Part shown: positions 1-9,149 of the stretch, in pieces
Numbering within the stretch: position 1 is the stretch's first letter
Layout of the letters: each line of letters starts with the position of its first letter
Source: Candidatus Omnitrophota bacterium
GTDB taxonomy: Bacteria > Omnitrophota > Gorgyraeia > Gygaellales > UBA12090
NCBI GenBank assembly: GCA_023247895.1
Contig: JAHFFP010000004.1
Location: forward strand, 1-35,421
Direction of reading: 5' to 3'
Length of the DNA stretch: 35,421 nucleotides
The notes under the pieces: model-generated
What the model was told of the DNA's origin: nothing
What the model saw: only the letters and a program-made list of their open reading frames with translations
Databases searched by the model: none
Position numbers and translations under genes: made by a program

Positions 1-73
1 CATTGTCTATCGTAAATCGTAAGTCAATTCCTGCCTGACGGCAGGCAGTTGCACACTCATTGAGGAGGTGGCT

Positions 74-589
74 ATGGCATTTAAAGACAAGCACAGACAG
101 GAGGAGGAAAAGATTCTCGATGTTGACGCTGCAATGTCAGGAAGCCTTACCTTTCGTGATCCCGTGAATTTAAGGATTAACGGAAAATTTGAAGGGACGC
201 TTGAAACTAAAGGCAGCCTTGTCATCGGACCGAACGCGACAGTCAATGCCTATATTATTGGCGATGAAATTGTGATTGCGGGTAGGATTAAAGGCGAGGT
301 GTTAGCCAAGCAAAAACTTATTCTTATGCCGACTGCGGTAGTAGAAGCCAAAGCGCGTACGTCAAAGTTAGTCGTCAACGAAGGCGCGGTGTTTGAAGGC
401 ACCTGCCATATGCTTCGTGAGCATTTTAGCATCGATGAATTAGCCAAGTATTTAGAGGTGGATTTGCCCTCAATAACAGAATGGGCAAGTAACGGGAAAG
501 TTCCGGCGATAAAAGAAGGGGAAGGCTGGAAATTTGAGCGCAAGGCAATTGATGAATGGCTTGCCTCGGGAAGAACGGGAAATGGCTGA
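74..589 (+). CDS. Bactofilin (CcmA-like polymer-forming) domain fused to a C-terminal excisionase/MerR-like HTH
   Basis: Beta-helix pattern (LRINGKFEGTL, LVIGPNATVNAYI, IVIAGRIKGEV, VNEGAVFEGTC), then FSIDELAKYLEV...WASNGKVPAIKEGEGWKF. SD GAGGAGG at 62-68 favours ATG 74. Confidence 0.8.
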   Translation: MAFKDKHRQEEEKILDVDAAMSGSLTFRDPVNLRINGKFEGTLETKGSLVIGPNATVNAYIIGDEIVIAGRIKGEVLAKQKLILMPTAVVEAKARTSKLVVNEGAVFEGTCHMLREHFSIDELAKYLEVDLPSITEWASNGKVPAIKEGEGWKFERKAIDEWLASGRTGNG

Positions 590-881
590 GAAGTTATTAA
601 CTATACGGGAAGTCGCGTATAGCCTGGGAGTGAGCGAAAAAGAGGTCATTGAGTTAGCGGAACACGGGGGCCTTCCCGCGTATAAAGTGGGGGGGCTATA
701 TCTGCGGTTTCGTAAGGATCAGATAGAGCAGTATAAGCATACTTTGCAAAGTGTTAAGTCTCATCCCAAGGTAGTTTCTTCAAATGTTGAGCGCGTGAAG
801 GATTTTTTCTACTTTTATGATTTTTACATTTTATCTGTAATTGTGATAATTGCATTGCTTGTAATTATTAGCAGGGGTTAA
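582..881 (+). CDS. Excisionase-like HTH protein with C-terminal transmembrane helix
   Basis: LLTIREVAYSLGVSEKEV...GGLPAYKVGGLYLRF HTH motif; hydrophobic C-terminus ILSVIVIIALLVII; ATG 582 overlaps the end of the upstream gene. Confidence 0.75.
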   Translation: MAEKLLTIREVAYSLGVSEKEVIELAEHGGLPAYKVGGLYLRFRKDQIEQYKHTLQSVKSHPKVVSSNVERVKDFFYFYDFYILSVIVIIALLVIISRG

Positions 882-946
882 ACTTCCACCCAAACCATTT
901 GAGTGTGGGGATGGATGCTATTAAGGATTTTGTGGTGTGGGGGTAG

Positions 947-1621
947 ATGCGTCACAAAAAGGGTTATTGCAAGCTTGGCGGCTTTGCTAAATTAGACATC
1001 GATAGGGCGAAACGGCGTGGTTTTCCTGAGGTAGTCTATGCTCCTGGCAAGACAGATGAGCAGATTCAGCATATTGCTTCAAGAATTCTTAAAAGCGGCC
1101 AGGTACTATTAATTACTAAGGCTAAAAAAACAACTTATACCTTCCTTAAGGAAGCCTTTCCTGCCTTACAGTACAATCCTCATGCCCAGATTATCTATCA
1201 AAAAACAAAGGCCTTTTCTCGGCCTAAAGGTTTTGTGTTAGTAGTAAGTGCGGGGACTTCCGATATCCCTGTGGCTGAAGAAGCAGCGCTTGTGTTAGAG
1301 GTAATGGGAGCTAAGGTAAAGAGGCTTTATGATGTAGGGGTTGCGGGGGTGCATAGAGTCATTGATAAAAAGAGTTTATTGCGCAAAGCAAAGGTTCTTA
1401 TCGTTGTAGCAGGTATGGAAGGGGCTTTGGCAAGCATGGTAAGCGGTTTAGTGGCAGTGCCTGTAGTGGCGGTTCCTACAAGTATTGGTTATGGGGCGAA
1501 CTTTAAAGGGCTCTCGGCACTTCTCACAATGCTTAACAGCTGTTCGCCGGGGGTTGCCGTAGTAAATATTGATAACGGCTTTGGTGCAGGATATTTAGCA
1601 GGAATGATAAATAGAAGTTAG
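947..1621 (+). CDS. larB: Nickel pincer cofactor biosynthesis protein LarB (AIR carboxylase-like)
   Basis: Motifs GFPEVVYAPGKT, AGTSDIPVAEEA, DVGVAGVHR, AGMEGAL, PTSIGYG, NIDNGFGA. Confidence 0.9.
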   Translation: MRHKKGYCKLGGFAKLDIDRAKRRGFPEVVYAPGKTDEQIQHIASRILKSGQVLLITKAKKTTYTFLKEAFPALQYNPHAQIIYQKTKAFSRPKGFVLVVSAGTSDIPVAEEAALVLEVMGAKVKRLYDVGVAGVHRVIDKKSLLRKAKVLIVVAGMEGALASMVSGLVAVPVVAVPTSIGYGANFKGLSALLTMLNSCSPGVAVVNIDNGFGAGYLAGMINRS

Positions 1622-1688
1622 AAGTTTCCGCCGAAGGCGCGTGCCTGTCTGCTCACAGGGATCCACCTATGGCGCAAGAGATTAGGGA

Positions 1689-2108
1689 ATGGAAAAGAAG
1701 AAGGTTTCTTTAAAGCAGGCGATTGGTTTTCATGGGCATTTAGGTCCCTATTTGGTTTTGGGGTTATTGATGGGCGAGTATGCGCTTGGCAAGATTAAAG
1801 CCAAGAGGCATTTTGGATTAGAAGTAAAAGCCTGGGGTGCAACGCAAAAACCAAAATCTTGCTTAATTGACGGCCTGCAGCTATCCACAGGATGTACCTA
1901 TGGCAAAGGAAATATAGCCAAATATAATGGTAAGGTTATAAAAGTAAGTTTTATAAATTGTGAAAATAAAAGAAACACTACTTTTGTCCTGCAAGATACG
2001 GTATTAAAAGAGTTAGCATTGGCTAATGATCATCAGAGTTCTGAAATGTTAGCACAAAAATTATATAAAACAAAACCGGAATATTTATTTTCCGCAAATA
2101 ATAGCTGA
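1689..2108 (+). CDS. FmdE/FwdE family protein
   Basis: FHGHLGPYLVLG and CLIDGLQLSTGCTYGKGNI motifs. Confidence 0.85.
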   Translation: MEKKKVSLKQAIGFHGHLGPYLVLGLLMGEYALGKIKAKRHFGLEVKAWGATQKPKSCLIDGLQLSTGCTYGKGNIAKYNGKVIKVSFINCENKRNTTFVLQDTVLKELALANDHQSSEMLAQKLYKTKPEYLFSANNS

Positions 2109-2161
2109 AAGCTTTCGCCTGCGGGGACAGCCGAAAGCTAAACATTTTAGTGAGGTAAAAA

Positions 2162-3496
2162 ATGGCATTATCAGGATTAGATATTTATAAGCTTCTTCCT
2201 AAAACCAATTGCCGTGAATGCGGCTTTCCTACTTGTCTTGCCTTTGCCCTTTCTTTGGCAAAGAAGGCGGTGGCCTTAGAGAAATGCCCGTATGTAAGCA
2301 AAGAGGCAAAGCAGGCGCTTGAGGCGCAATCCCAACCTCCTATACGCTTAATTTTGATTGGCGATGATAAGAATAAGGTTGAGGCGGGAAATGAGACCGT
2401 AATGTTCCGTCACGAAGAGAAATTTCATCATTCTACGGCTATAGGCTTTATTATTGAAGACAGTCTAGGGGATACCGATATAAAGCAGCGGGTAGATAAA
2501 ATCGGTAAGCTGCATTTCGAACGCGTGGGTCAACAACTAAAAACCGACCTTATTGCCATAAAACAGGCTAAGGATGCAGCGCGATTTATTGATACGGTTA
2601 AATTAATTTCAGGCTTAACGAATGCGGGGATTGTTTTGATGAGCGAGGACAAGGCTGCAGTATCAGGGGCTTTGAAGATTTTAGCAAATAGGAGGCCTCT
2701 TGTCTACGCGGCAAACAGCCAAAATATAACTGATTTGGCTGCGCTTGCGAAAGAAAATGCCGGTTCCTTAGCAGTAAGAGCAGAATCATTGGATATAGTG
2801 CTAGAATTGACCAAGAAGGCAAAAGAGTTGGGAGTTGAGGATATTGTTATTGACGTAAATACTAAAAATCAGGAAGCAAAAGTAATCGGGGAGTTTACTC
2901 AGATACGCCGGCAGGCCCTCAAAAAGGCGAACAGGCCATTAGGCTATCCCACGATTGCCGTAATGGATAAACTTAACTCTTATGAAGAGGTGATTAGGGC
3001 AGGAGACTATATCGCAAAATATGCCGGCATTATTTTGTTACATACCTTTGAGGAATGGGCGGTGCTGGCGCTGCTTACGTTACGGCAGAATATCTATACT
3101 GATCCGCAGAAACCATTGCAGATTGAGCCAAAACTCTATCCTATCGGCAATACCACGGAAAGTTCGCCAACGCTAGTTACTACAAATTTCTCTCTTACTT
3201 ATTATACAGTTTTAGGTGAGGTAGAAGCAAGCAAGGTGCCGACCTATATCTTAAGCGTTAATACCGAAGGGATGTCAGTATTGACTGCCTGGGCAGCGGA
3301 GAAATTCACTCCCGATAAAATTGCCGAGAGCCTGAAAAAATCAGGGGTGGAAGAAAAGATTACACACCGCAATCTTATCATTCCCGGCTATGTGGCGGTA
3401 ATGAGCGGGGACTTGGAAGAAAAAAGCGGGTGGAAGATTGTGGTCGGGCCAAAGGAAGCCGCAGGTATTCCGTCGTTCTTGAAGAATTTAGGCTAA
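2162..3496 (+). CDS. acsC: Corrinoid iron-sulfur protein large subunit (ACDS gamma)
   Basis: N-terminal LPKTNCRECGFPTCLAFA...CPY Fe-S motif; LRQNIYTDPQKP; TTNFSLTY; SVLTAWAA. Confidence 0.95.
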   Translation: MALSGLDIYKLLPKTNCRECGFPTCLAFALSLAKKAVALEKCPYVSKEAKQALEAQSQPPIRLILIGDDKNKVEAGNETVMFRHEEKFHHSTAIGFIIEDSLGDTDIKQRVDKIGKLHFERVGQQLKTDLIAIKQAKDAARFIDTVKLISGLTNAGIVLMSEDKAAVSGALKILANRRPLVYAANSQNITDLAALAKENAGSLAVRAESLDIVLELTKKAKELGVEDIVIDVNTKNQEAKVIGEFTQIRRQALKKANRPLGYPTIAVMDKLNSYEEVIRAGDYIAKYAGIILLHTFEEWAVLALLTLRQNIYTDPQKPLQIEPKLYPIGNTTESSPTLVTTNFSLTYYTVLGEVEASKVPTYILSVNTEGMSVLTAWAAEKFTPDKIAESLKKSGVEEKITHRNLIIPGYVAVMSGDLEEKSGWKIVVGPKEAAGIPSFLKNLG

Positions 3497-5431
3497 ATGG
3501 AAAAATTTAAGATTATCTTTTATCCGGATAACAAAACTATAGAGGCAGAAAAAGGAGTAACTATTCTTTCTGCGGCTATTTCAGCAGGCATTCATATTAA
3601 TTCAAGCTGCGGCGGAGACGGTGTCTGCGGAAGATGCAAGGTTATTTTGAAAAAAGGCCAAGCGGTAAGCCTTCCCACGGGACGGATTACTGCTGAAGAG
3701 AGAAAAAAGGGATATTACCTGTCCTGCTTAAGCGTTGCCCAAAGCGATATAGAAGTAGAGGTGCCTAAGGAATCACGCCTTGATTCAGAAACGATAAGCG
3801 ATGAAGATGCCTATATGCTCCGGCTTAAAGGTATCTTCTCAGAGCCGGTAGATATTGACCGGGGCGAGGCAATAATAAGTGAAGAGCTTTTTATCCACTC
3901 GCCTTTGGCAACCAAGCTTTACCTGGAATTGCCAAAGCCGAGTTTAGAAGATAAGATAAGTGATTTGGAAAGGATTTATCGGGCAATACGTGCTATTCAG
4001 GATACCCCTGTGCTTCAGACTGGAATTGCCAATATCAGGCGCTTGGGTGAGCTTTTACGTTCAAGCGGCTGGAAGGTAACGGTAACCTTAGGCAAGCGTA
4101 ACGGGACAACCGAGATTGTGATTATAGAGCCGGGGGATACTTCAGGCCGCAATTACGGTTTTGCCTTTGATATAGGAACCACTACTATTTCCGGGCAGCT
4201 CATTGACTTAAATTCCAAGAAAATTCTGGGCACTAAGGCAGCTTTTAACAAGCAGGCAACCTTTGGCTCTGACGTAATTACCCGTATTATTTTTGCCCAG
4301 GAGAAAGACGGCTTGGAAAAGTTGCACCACGCCGTAATTGATGAAATGAATGTTATGATTCAGGAGTTGACTCAGGAAAATAAGATAGACTTAAATGATG
4401 TGACCTGTTGTTTATGCGCAGGCAACACCACGATGATACATCTTTTGCTTCGGGTTGACCCTACCTATATCCGCCGTGACCCGTATGTGCCCACGGCAAA
4501 CTTTGTGCCGGTAATCCGGGCGCTAGAGGCGGGAATAAAAGTAAATCCGCGGGGGTTATTGGATTGTGTTCCGGGAATTTCAAGCTATGTGGGAGGGGAC
4601 ATCACCGCTGGAGTGCTTGCCTGCGGTATGGATAAAACAGATAAACTGAGCCTGCTTATTGATATAGGGACTAACGGTGAAATAGTCTTAGGCAATAAAG
4701 ACTGGATGATTTCCTCTGCGGCGTCCGCGGGCCCGTGTTTTGAGGGAAGCGGGGTTACCTGCGGTATGCGCGCGTCTAAAGGCGCAATTCAAAAGGTCAA
4801 AATTGACCCTAAAACCTTTACTGTGGAATATTCAACCATAGCGGATACTCAGGCATCGGGAATCTGCGGTTCAGGATATATTGACATTATCGCTGAGTTG
4901 TTGCGTTCAGGCATTATTGACCGGGGCGGGAAAATTGATCCTTCGCTTACTCACCGGCGCATCAGGGATGGCGAATACGGCAAAGAATTTACTATTGCCT
5001 TTAAGGAAGATGTGGGGACTGCCGCGGATATTGTGATAACAGAAACGGATATTGAGAATCTCAAGAGGGCAAAGGGGGCAATTTATGCCGCGGCCGCGAT
5101 GCTGGTGCGCCATATGGAATTAAGCTTTAACGACTTAGCGCAGATATTTATCGGCGGCGGTTTCGGTACGTACGTAGATATGCCCAATGCCGTTTTTATC
5201 GGCTTGCTGCCGGACTTACCAAAAGAAAAATTTGTCTTTGTGGGAAACAGCTCTTTAATAGGCGCGCGGCAGATTCTTTTATCCCACGACGCGATTCTGG
5301 ATGCCGAGGAAATAGCCAAAAAGATTACTTATTTTGAGCTTTCAGTTGAGCCGAATTATATGGATGAGTATGTGGCGTCGCTCTTTTTCCCGCATACGGA
5401 CTTATCTAAGTTCCCGAATGTAAAGATTTAA
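3497..5431 (+). CDS. acsV: Corrinoid reductive activator (RACo/AcsV, [2Fe-2S] + ASKHA ATPase)
   Basis: CGGDGVCGRC ferredoxin domain; DIGTTT, DIGTNGE, GICGSG, GGGFG motifs; position in the acs cluster. Confidence 0.9.
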   Translation: MEKFKIIFYPDNKTIEAEKGVTILSAAISAGIHINSSCGGDGVCGRCKVILKKGQAVSLPTGRITAEERKKGYYLSCLSVAQSDIEVEVPKESRLDSETISDEDAYMLRLKGIFSEPVDIDRGEAIISEELFIHSPLATKLYLELPKPSLEDKISDLERIYRAIRAIQDTPVLQTGIANIRRLGELLRSSGWKVTVTLGKRNGTTEIVIIEPGDTSGRNYGFAFDIGTTTISGQLIDLNSKKILGTKAAFNKQATFGSDVITRIIFAQEKDGLEKLHHAVIDEMNVMIQELTQENKIDLNDVTCCLCAGNTTMIHLLLRVDPTYIRRDPYVPTANFVPVIRALEAGIKVNPRGLLDCVPGISSYVGGDITAGVLACGMDKTDKLSLLIDIGTNGEIVLGNKDWMISSAASAGPCFEGSGVTCGMRASKGAIQKVKIDPKTFTVEYSTIADTQASGICGSGYIDIIAELLRSGIIDRGGKIDPSLTHRRIRDGEYGKEFTIAFKEDVGTAADIVITETDIENLKRAKGAIYAAAAMLVRHMELSFNDLAQIFIGGGFGTYVDMPNAVFIGLLPDLPKEKFVFVGNSSLIGARQILLSHDAILDAEEIAKKITYFELSVEPNYMDEYVASLFFPHTDLSKFPNVKI

Positions 5432-5440
5432 CAGTAAAAA

Positions 5441-6196
5441 ATGAGTTTTATCATCGCAGTCGCCGGAAAAGGCGGCACAGGCAAGACTACCGTTGCGTCG
5501 CTTCTTATTACCCTGCTCTCAAAGCGTAAAGATGGCGCTATCTTAGGAATTGACGCTGACCCCAATAGTAATCTTGCTGAATATTTTGGCCTGAAAGTCA
5601 AGGAGGATATTGGAAGCATTGTTGATTCTGTAGCCAAAAACTTAGGAAGTATCCCTGTGGGGATGACTAAAGACAGGTATATCGATTTTCGCATTCAAAC
5701 AAGTATTCTAGAGAGTGATGGCTTTGATATCCTGGCAATGGGCAGGCCAGAGGGGCCGGGGTGCTATTGCTATGTGAATAATCTTTTGCGCGGTTTAATC
5801 AGGAATTTGGCAGATGATTATAAATATATCGTCATTGACAATGAAGCCGGCTTTGAGCATTTATCGCGCCGGACTATGCGCCGGGCAGACAGGCTTTTAT
5901 TGGTTTCAGATTCATCTGAGGCAGGGCTTCGGGCAGCAAAGAGGATTATTGAGCTCATTAAAGAGCTTGCTATTGAGATTAAGAATATCGCCTTGATTTT
6001 GAATCGTGCGCCTGTAGGGACAGAACATTGTTCTGCCCCCGCAATAGCTGAGGTGGGCGTTGAGACAATTGGGGTAATCCCTGAGGATGAGGGCCTTTTG
6101 AATCTAAGCCGTCAGGGAAAGCCGATAACCTGTTTAGAGGAATCATCAAAGGCGTTTATCGAAGTTAAGAGGATATTGGATAAGATTTTAAGCTGA
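5441..6196 (+). CDS. cooC: CooC/AcsF nickel-insertion ATPase
   Basis: AGKGGTGKTT, IDADPNSNL, GPGCYC, DNEAGFEHLSR. Confidence 0.9.
   Translation: MSFIIAVAGKGGTGKTTVASLLITLLSKRKDGAILGIDADPNSNLAEYFGLKVKEDIGSIVDSVAKNLGSIPVGMTKDRYIDFRIQTSILESDGFDILAMGRPEGPGCYCYVNNLLRGLIRNLADDYKYIVIDNEAGFEHLSRRTMRRADRLLLVSDSSEAGLRAAKRIIELIKELAIEIKNIALILNRAPVGTEHCSAPAIAEVGVETIGVIPEDEGLLNLSRQGKPITCLEESSKAFIEVKRILDKILS
6013..6043. repeat. GTAG-type REP-like palindrome inside the cooC coding sequence
   Basis: TGTAGGGACAGAACA-T-TGTTCTGCCCCCGCA, imperfect inverted repeat. Confidence 0.6.
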
Positions 6197-6210
6197 TAGG
6201 GAGGAGTGCT

Positions 6211-7176
6211 ATGGCGCTTGAGCTGGTAAAAGATAAGTGGGTGAACGCGGTAAGCGTCTTGACTATTGGCGCGACTAAGGAAGAAGGCGGCAGCAGGGGA
6301 AGAATAGTGAAGTGTGGGGGAGAGGAGTCTTTGCCATTTTTATTTTCTGAAGGAAAAATCCCTCATCGCCCGGTAATCGCGATGGAGGTATTAGACGTTG
6401 AGCCTGATGATTGGCCGCGCACACTTACCTCTGCGATAGGCCCCGCAATCAAGAATCCTGTTGAGTGGGCGCAAAAGTGCGAAAGTGAATTCAAGGCGGA
6501 CCTGATTTGCCTGCGTTTGGCAGGAGCGCATCCTGATGCCCAGAACAAACCGGTTGACCAATTGGTAAAGGTAGTCAAAGATGTTTTAAAAGCGACTACT
6601 ATTCCTTTGATTATTGTCGGTTGCGGTGAAGATAAACGCGATAATGAAGTTTTGCCTCAGTGTTCTCAGGCGGCTAAAGGAGAAAAGGTTTTGATCGGTG
6701 AAGTGGTGCAGGAAAATTACAAGACCTTAACTGCAAGTGTCTTGGCGGATGGCCACAGCATCATTGCCCAATCGCCTATTGATATAAATATTGCCAAGCA
6801 GTTAAATATTTTGATTACGGATATGAGTATGCCTCTTGACCGGGTTGCCATTAATCCGACAGTGGGCGCGTTGGGCTATGGCTTGGAATATGCCTATTCC
6901 ATTATGGAGAGGGCGCGTTTGGCAGCGCTATCAGGAGATAAAATGCTGGCAATGCCTTTTATCTCTTTTGTGGGGTATGAGGCATGGAGGGCAAAAGAGG
7001 CAAAAGCTCTTGTTTTGGAATTCCCAAAATGGGGCAGCGAATTAGAGCGGGGTATAACTTGGGAAGCGCTTACTACAACCGCCTTTTTGCAGGCAGGCGC
7101 GGACATTATGGTAATGCGCCATCCCAAGAGCGTGGAACTGGTCAGAAATCATATTGAAGAGTTGATGAGAGGGTAA
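6211..7176 (+). CDS. acsD: Corrinoid iron-sulfur protein small subunit (ACDS delta)
   Basis: SPIDINIAKQLN, ALGYGLEYAYSIMER, AGADIMVMRHP. Confidence 0.95.
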   Translation: MALELVKDKWVNAVSVLTIGATKEEGGSRGRIVKCGGEESLPFLFSEGKIPHRPVIAMEVLDVEPDDWPRTLTSAIGPAIKNPVEWAQKCESEFKADLICLRLAGAHPDAQNKPVDQLVKVVKDVLKATTIPLIIVGCGEDKRDNEVLPQCSQAAKGEKVLIGEVVQENYKTLTASVLADGHSIIAQSPIDINIAKQLNILITDMSMPLDRVAINPTVGALGYGLEYAYSIMERARLAALSGDKMLAMPFISFVGYEAWRAKEAKALVLEFPKWGSELERGITWEALTTTAFLQAGADIMVMRHPKSVELVRNHIEELMRG

Positions 7177-7233
7177 GAAAAATAGAAGGGTCAATAGCCT
7201 ATAGGTGTTGACTTTTATTATAGGAGCGAGACG

Positions 7234-8022
7234 ATGTTTATAATCGGGGAATTAATTAACGGGATGTATAAGGATATAGGAAAGGCTATTCAAACTAAGG
7301 ATAAGAGCGTTATCCAGCAGAAGGCTCTTGAACAGATAAAAGCCGGCGCGGATGCCCTTGATGTGAATTGTGGCCCGGCATCAAAGGACCCGGTAAATGA
7401 TATTCAATGGTTGATTAATGCTATTCAGGAGGTAACAGATAAGCCTATTACCATTGATTCTAGTAAGCCTAAGGTAGTTGAGGCAGGATTAAAGGTTTTA
7501 AAGGGTAGGGCAATTATCAATTCTACCACCGCTGATGAGGAAAAACTTGAAGGGCTGGTGCCTCTTGCGATACAATATAATGCTAAACTTATCGGCTTAA
7601 CTATCAGTAAAAAGGGGATTCCTCAGAATAAAGACCAGCGCTTGGAATTGGCGGCAGGCATTATTGCTTTTGTTCAGGAGAAAGGTTTCCCCATAGAAGA
7701 TTTATATCTTGACCCCATCGTAATGCCGGTAAATGTCGCCCAGGCGCAGATGCGCGATATCCTGGAATCAATACATGATTTTAAGATAATTTCTGATCCT
7801 GCGCCTAAAACAGTGGTGGGCTTAAGCAATGTTTCTCAAGGCACCTGCCAGAGGAGCCTGGTGAATAAAACCTTTTTGATTATGGCAGTAGGCTTTGGGC
7901 TTGATGCGGCCATACTTGATCCCTTAGATAAGGACTTGGTTGACGGCGCTATTACTTCAGACTTGATTTTGAACAAGCATATTTATTGCGATTCCTATTT
8001 GGATGCCTATAGGAAAAAGTAG
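7234..8022 (+). CDS. acsE: Methyltetrahydrofolate:corrinoid protein methyltransferase
   Basis: IIGELING, LDVNCGP, IDS, IINST, YLDP, GLSNVSQ, AAILDP pterin-binding barrel motifs. Confidence 0.9.
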   Translation: MFIIGELINGMYKDIGKAIQTKDKSVIQQKALEQIKAGADALDVNCGPASKDPVNDIQWLINAIQEVTDKPITIDSSKPKVVEAGLKVLKGRAIINSTTADEEKLEGLVPLAIQYNAKLIGLTISKKGIPQNKDQRLELAAGIIAFVQEKGFPIEDLYLDPIVMPVNVAQAQMRDILESIHDFKIISDPAPKTVVGLSNVSQGTCQRSLVNKTFLIMAVGFGLDAAILDPLDKDLVDGAITSDLILNKHIYCDSYLDAYRKK

Positions 8023-8031
8023 ATAATATTT

Positions 8032-8105
8032 GGCGGGATAGCTCAGCCCGGTGGAGCAGACGGCTCATACCCGTTAGGTCGCTGGTTCAAATCCAGTTCC
8101 CGCCA
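8032..8105 (+). tRNA. tRNA-Met (CAT), probably elongator; CCA not encoded
   Basis: Acceptor stem GGCGGGA/TCCCGCC-A, anticodon arm GACGG-CTCATAC-CCGTT, T-loop GTTCAAATC. Confidence 0.9.
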
Positions 8106-8136
8106 CTAATTTTTCTTCTTAAAAGGATGTGCGGCA

Positions 8137-8625
8137 ATGGATTTTAATAAGGCTGGCCCCAACAAAAGAGTATGCGCCTTTTTTATTGATTCAATTTTAG
8201 GGCAGGTCGGCGGAGTATTGCTTTCTCTTGCGATCGGAAAAAATGTGAGCTGGTTTGGTTGGGCGGGGTATATTCTTCTTAAGGACTGTACGCAGGGACA
8301 GAGCGTGGGGAAACGTTTGATCGGAATACAGGTAATTGATGAAAATAATGACCCTGCGAATATTTCTAAAACGATACTTAGAAATATTTCCATGATTATT
8401 CCTGTTTTTCCTCTTATTGAGTATATTGTTATGCTCAGAGACAAGGCAGAGGGTAAAAGAATAGGGGATAGGCTTGTAAAAGCCAAAGTGTGTGATTTAA
8501 AACCTCAAGCACAGGATGGCGTTTTTCTTTGGATTTCTATTGTGCTTTTGATTGTGATTACTGTAATTCAAGTGGGCATAGTTTTTATGCTGGTGAAACA
8601 ACATCCTGAATTGCTAAGAAAATAA
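8137..8625 (+). CDS. RDD family membrane protein
   Basis: KRVCAFFIDS, GQSVGKRLIGIQV, RN, KRIGDRL motifs. Confidence 0.85.
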   Translation: MDFNKAGPNKRVCAFFIDSILGQVGGVLLSLAIGKNVSWFGWAGYILLKDCTQGQSVGKRLIGIQVIDENNDPANISKTILRNISMIIPVFPLIEYIVMLRDKAEGKRIGDRLVKAKVCDLKPQAQDGVFLWISIVLLIVITVIQVGIVFMLVKQHPELLRK

Positions 8626-9149
8626 TGATGAGGAAAGCGATAAGGATTATGAGGAAATCTTGCATATTTCTATCTTGTGCATTTCTTTTGATAGGCTGTG
8701 CGGTGCATAAGTTTCAAAAGTCAGAGAAACTCAGCGGATACGTCGTGGCGCGCTTTGGCTATGTTATCCCGGAGTATACGTCAGATATTGATAATAAAGC
8801 CCCGCAAAATTTGGAACTTGCCAAGCAAAGATATAAGAGGCGAAAAGATATGGTTGAGAAATTGTATATCAAAATGGGCCAGGTAGAAGATTATGTTACC
8901 AGATACGTAACTCATTTTCCTAAGATGATGTGGAGTATTTTTGCAAATACTTTAAAGATGCCGCTCCATATCATTTCCGAGTACAGATATGAGCATAATG
9001 AACAATACCGTAAACGCATTGATGAATTGGACGCTCGAACAGAGGCGAAAGAAGATGCCCGCATCAAGCAGTTCAAAGACCAGTTATACGAATTTATTAG
9101 GCAGGACATAGAAAAAGAAAAGCCAGCCCTTAATGCCTCTCCTCAGTAA
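8625..9149 (+). CDS. Hypothetical lipoprotein
   Basis: Basic N-terminus, hydrophobic stretch and lipobox LLIG-C; start uncertain. Confidence 0.65.
   Translation: MMRKAIRIMRKSCIFLSCAFLLIGCAVHKFQKSEKLSGYVVARFGYVIPEYTSDIDNKAPQNLELAKQRYKRRKDMVEKLYIKMGQVEDYVTRYVTHFPKMMWSIFANTLKMPLHIISEYRYEHNEQYRKRIDELDARTEAKEDARIKQFKDQLYEFIRQDIEKEKPALNASPQ

Noticed and set aside
8032-8105. tRNA-Ile2(CAU), because tilS is nearby
   Set aside because: The acceptor stem and CTCATAC loop resemble elongator tRNA-Met; not fully excluded without an isotype model.
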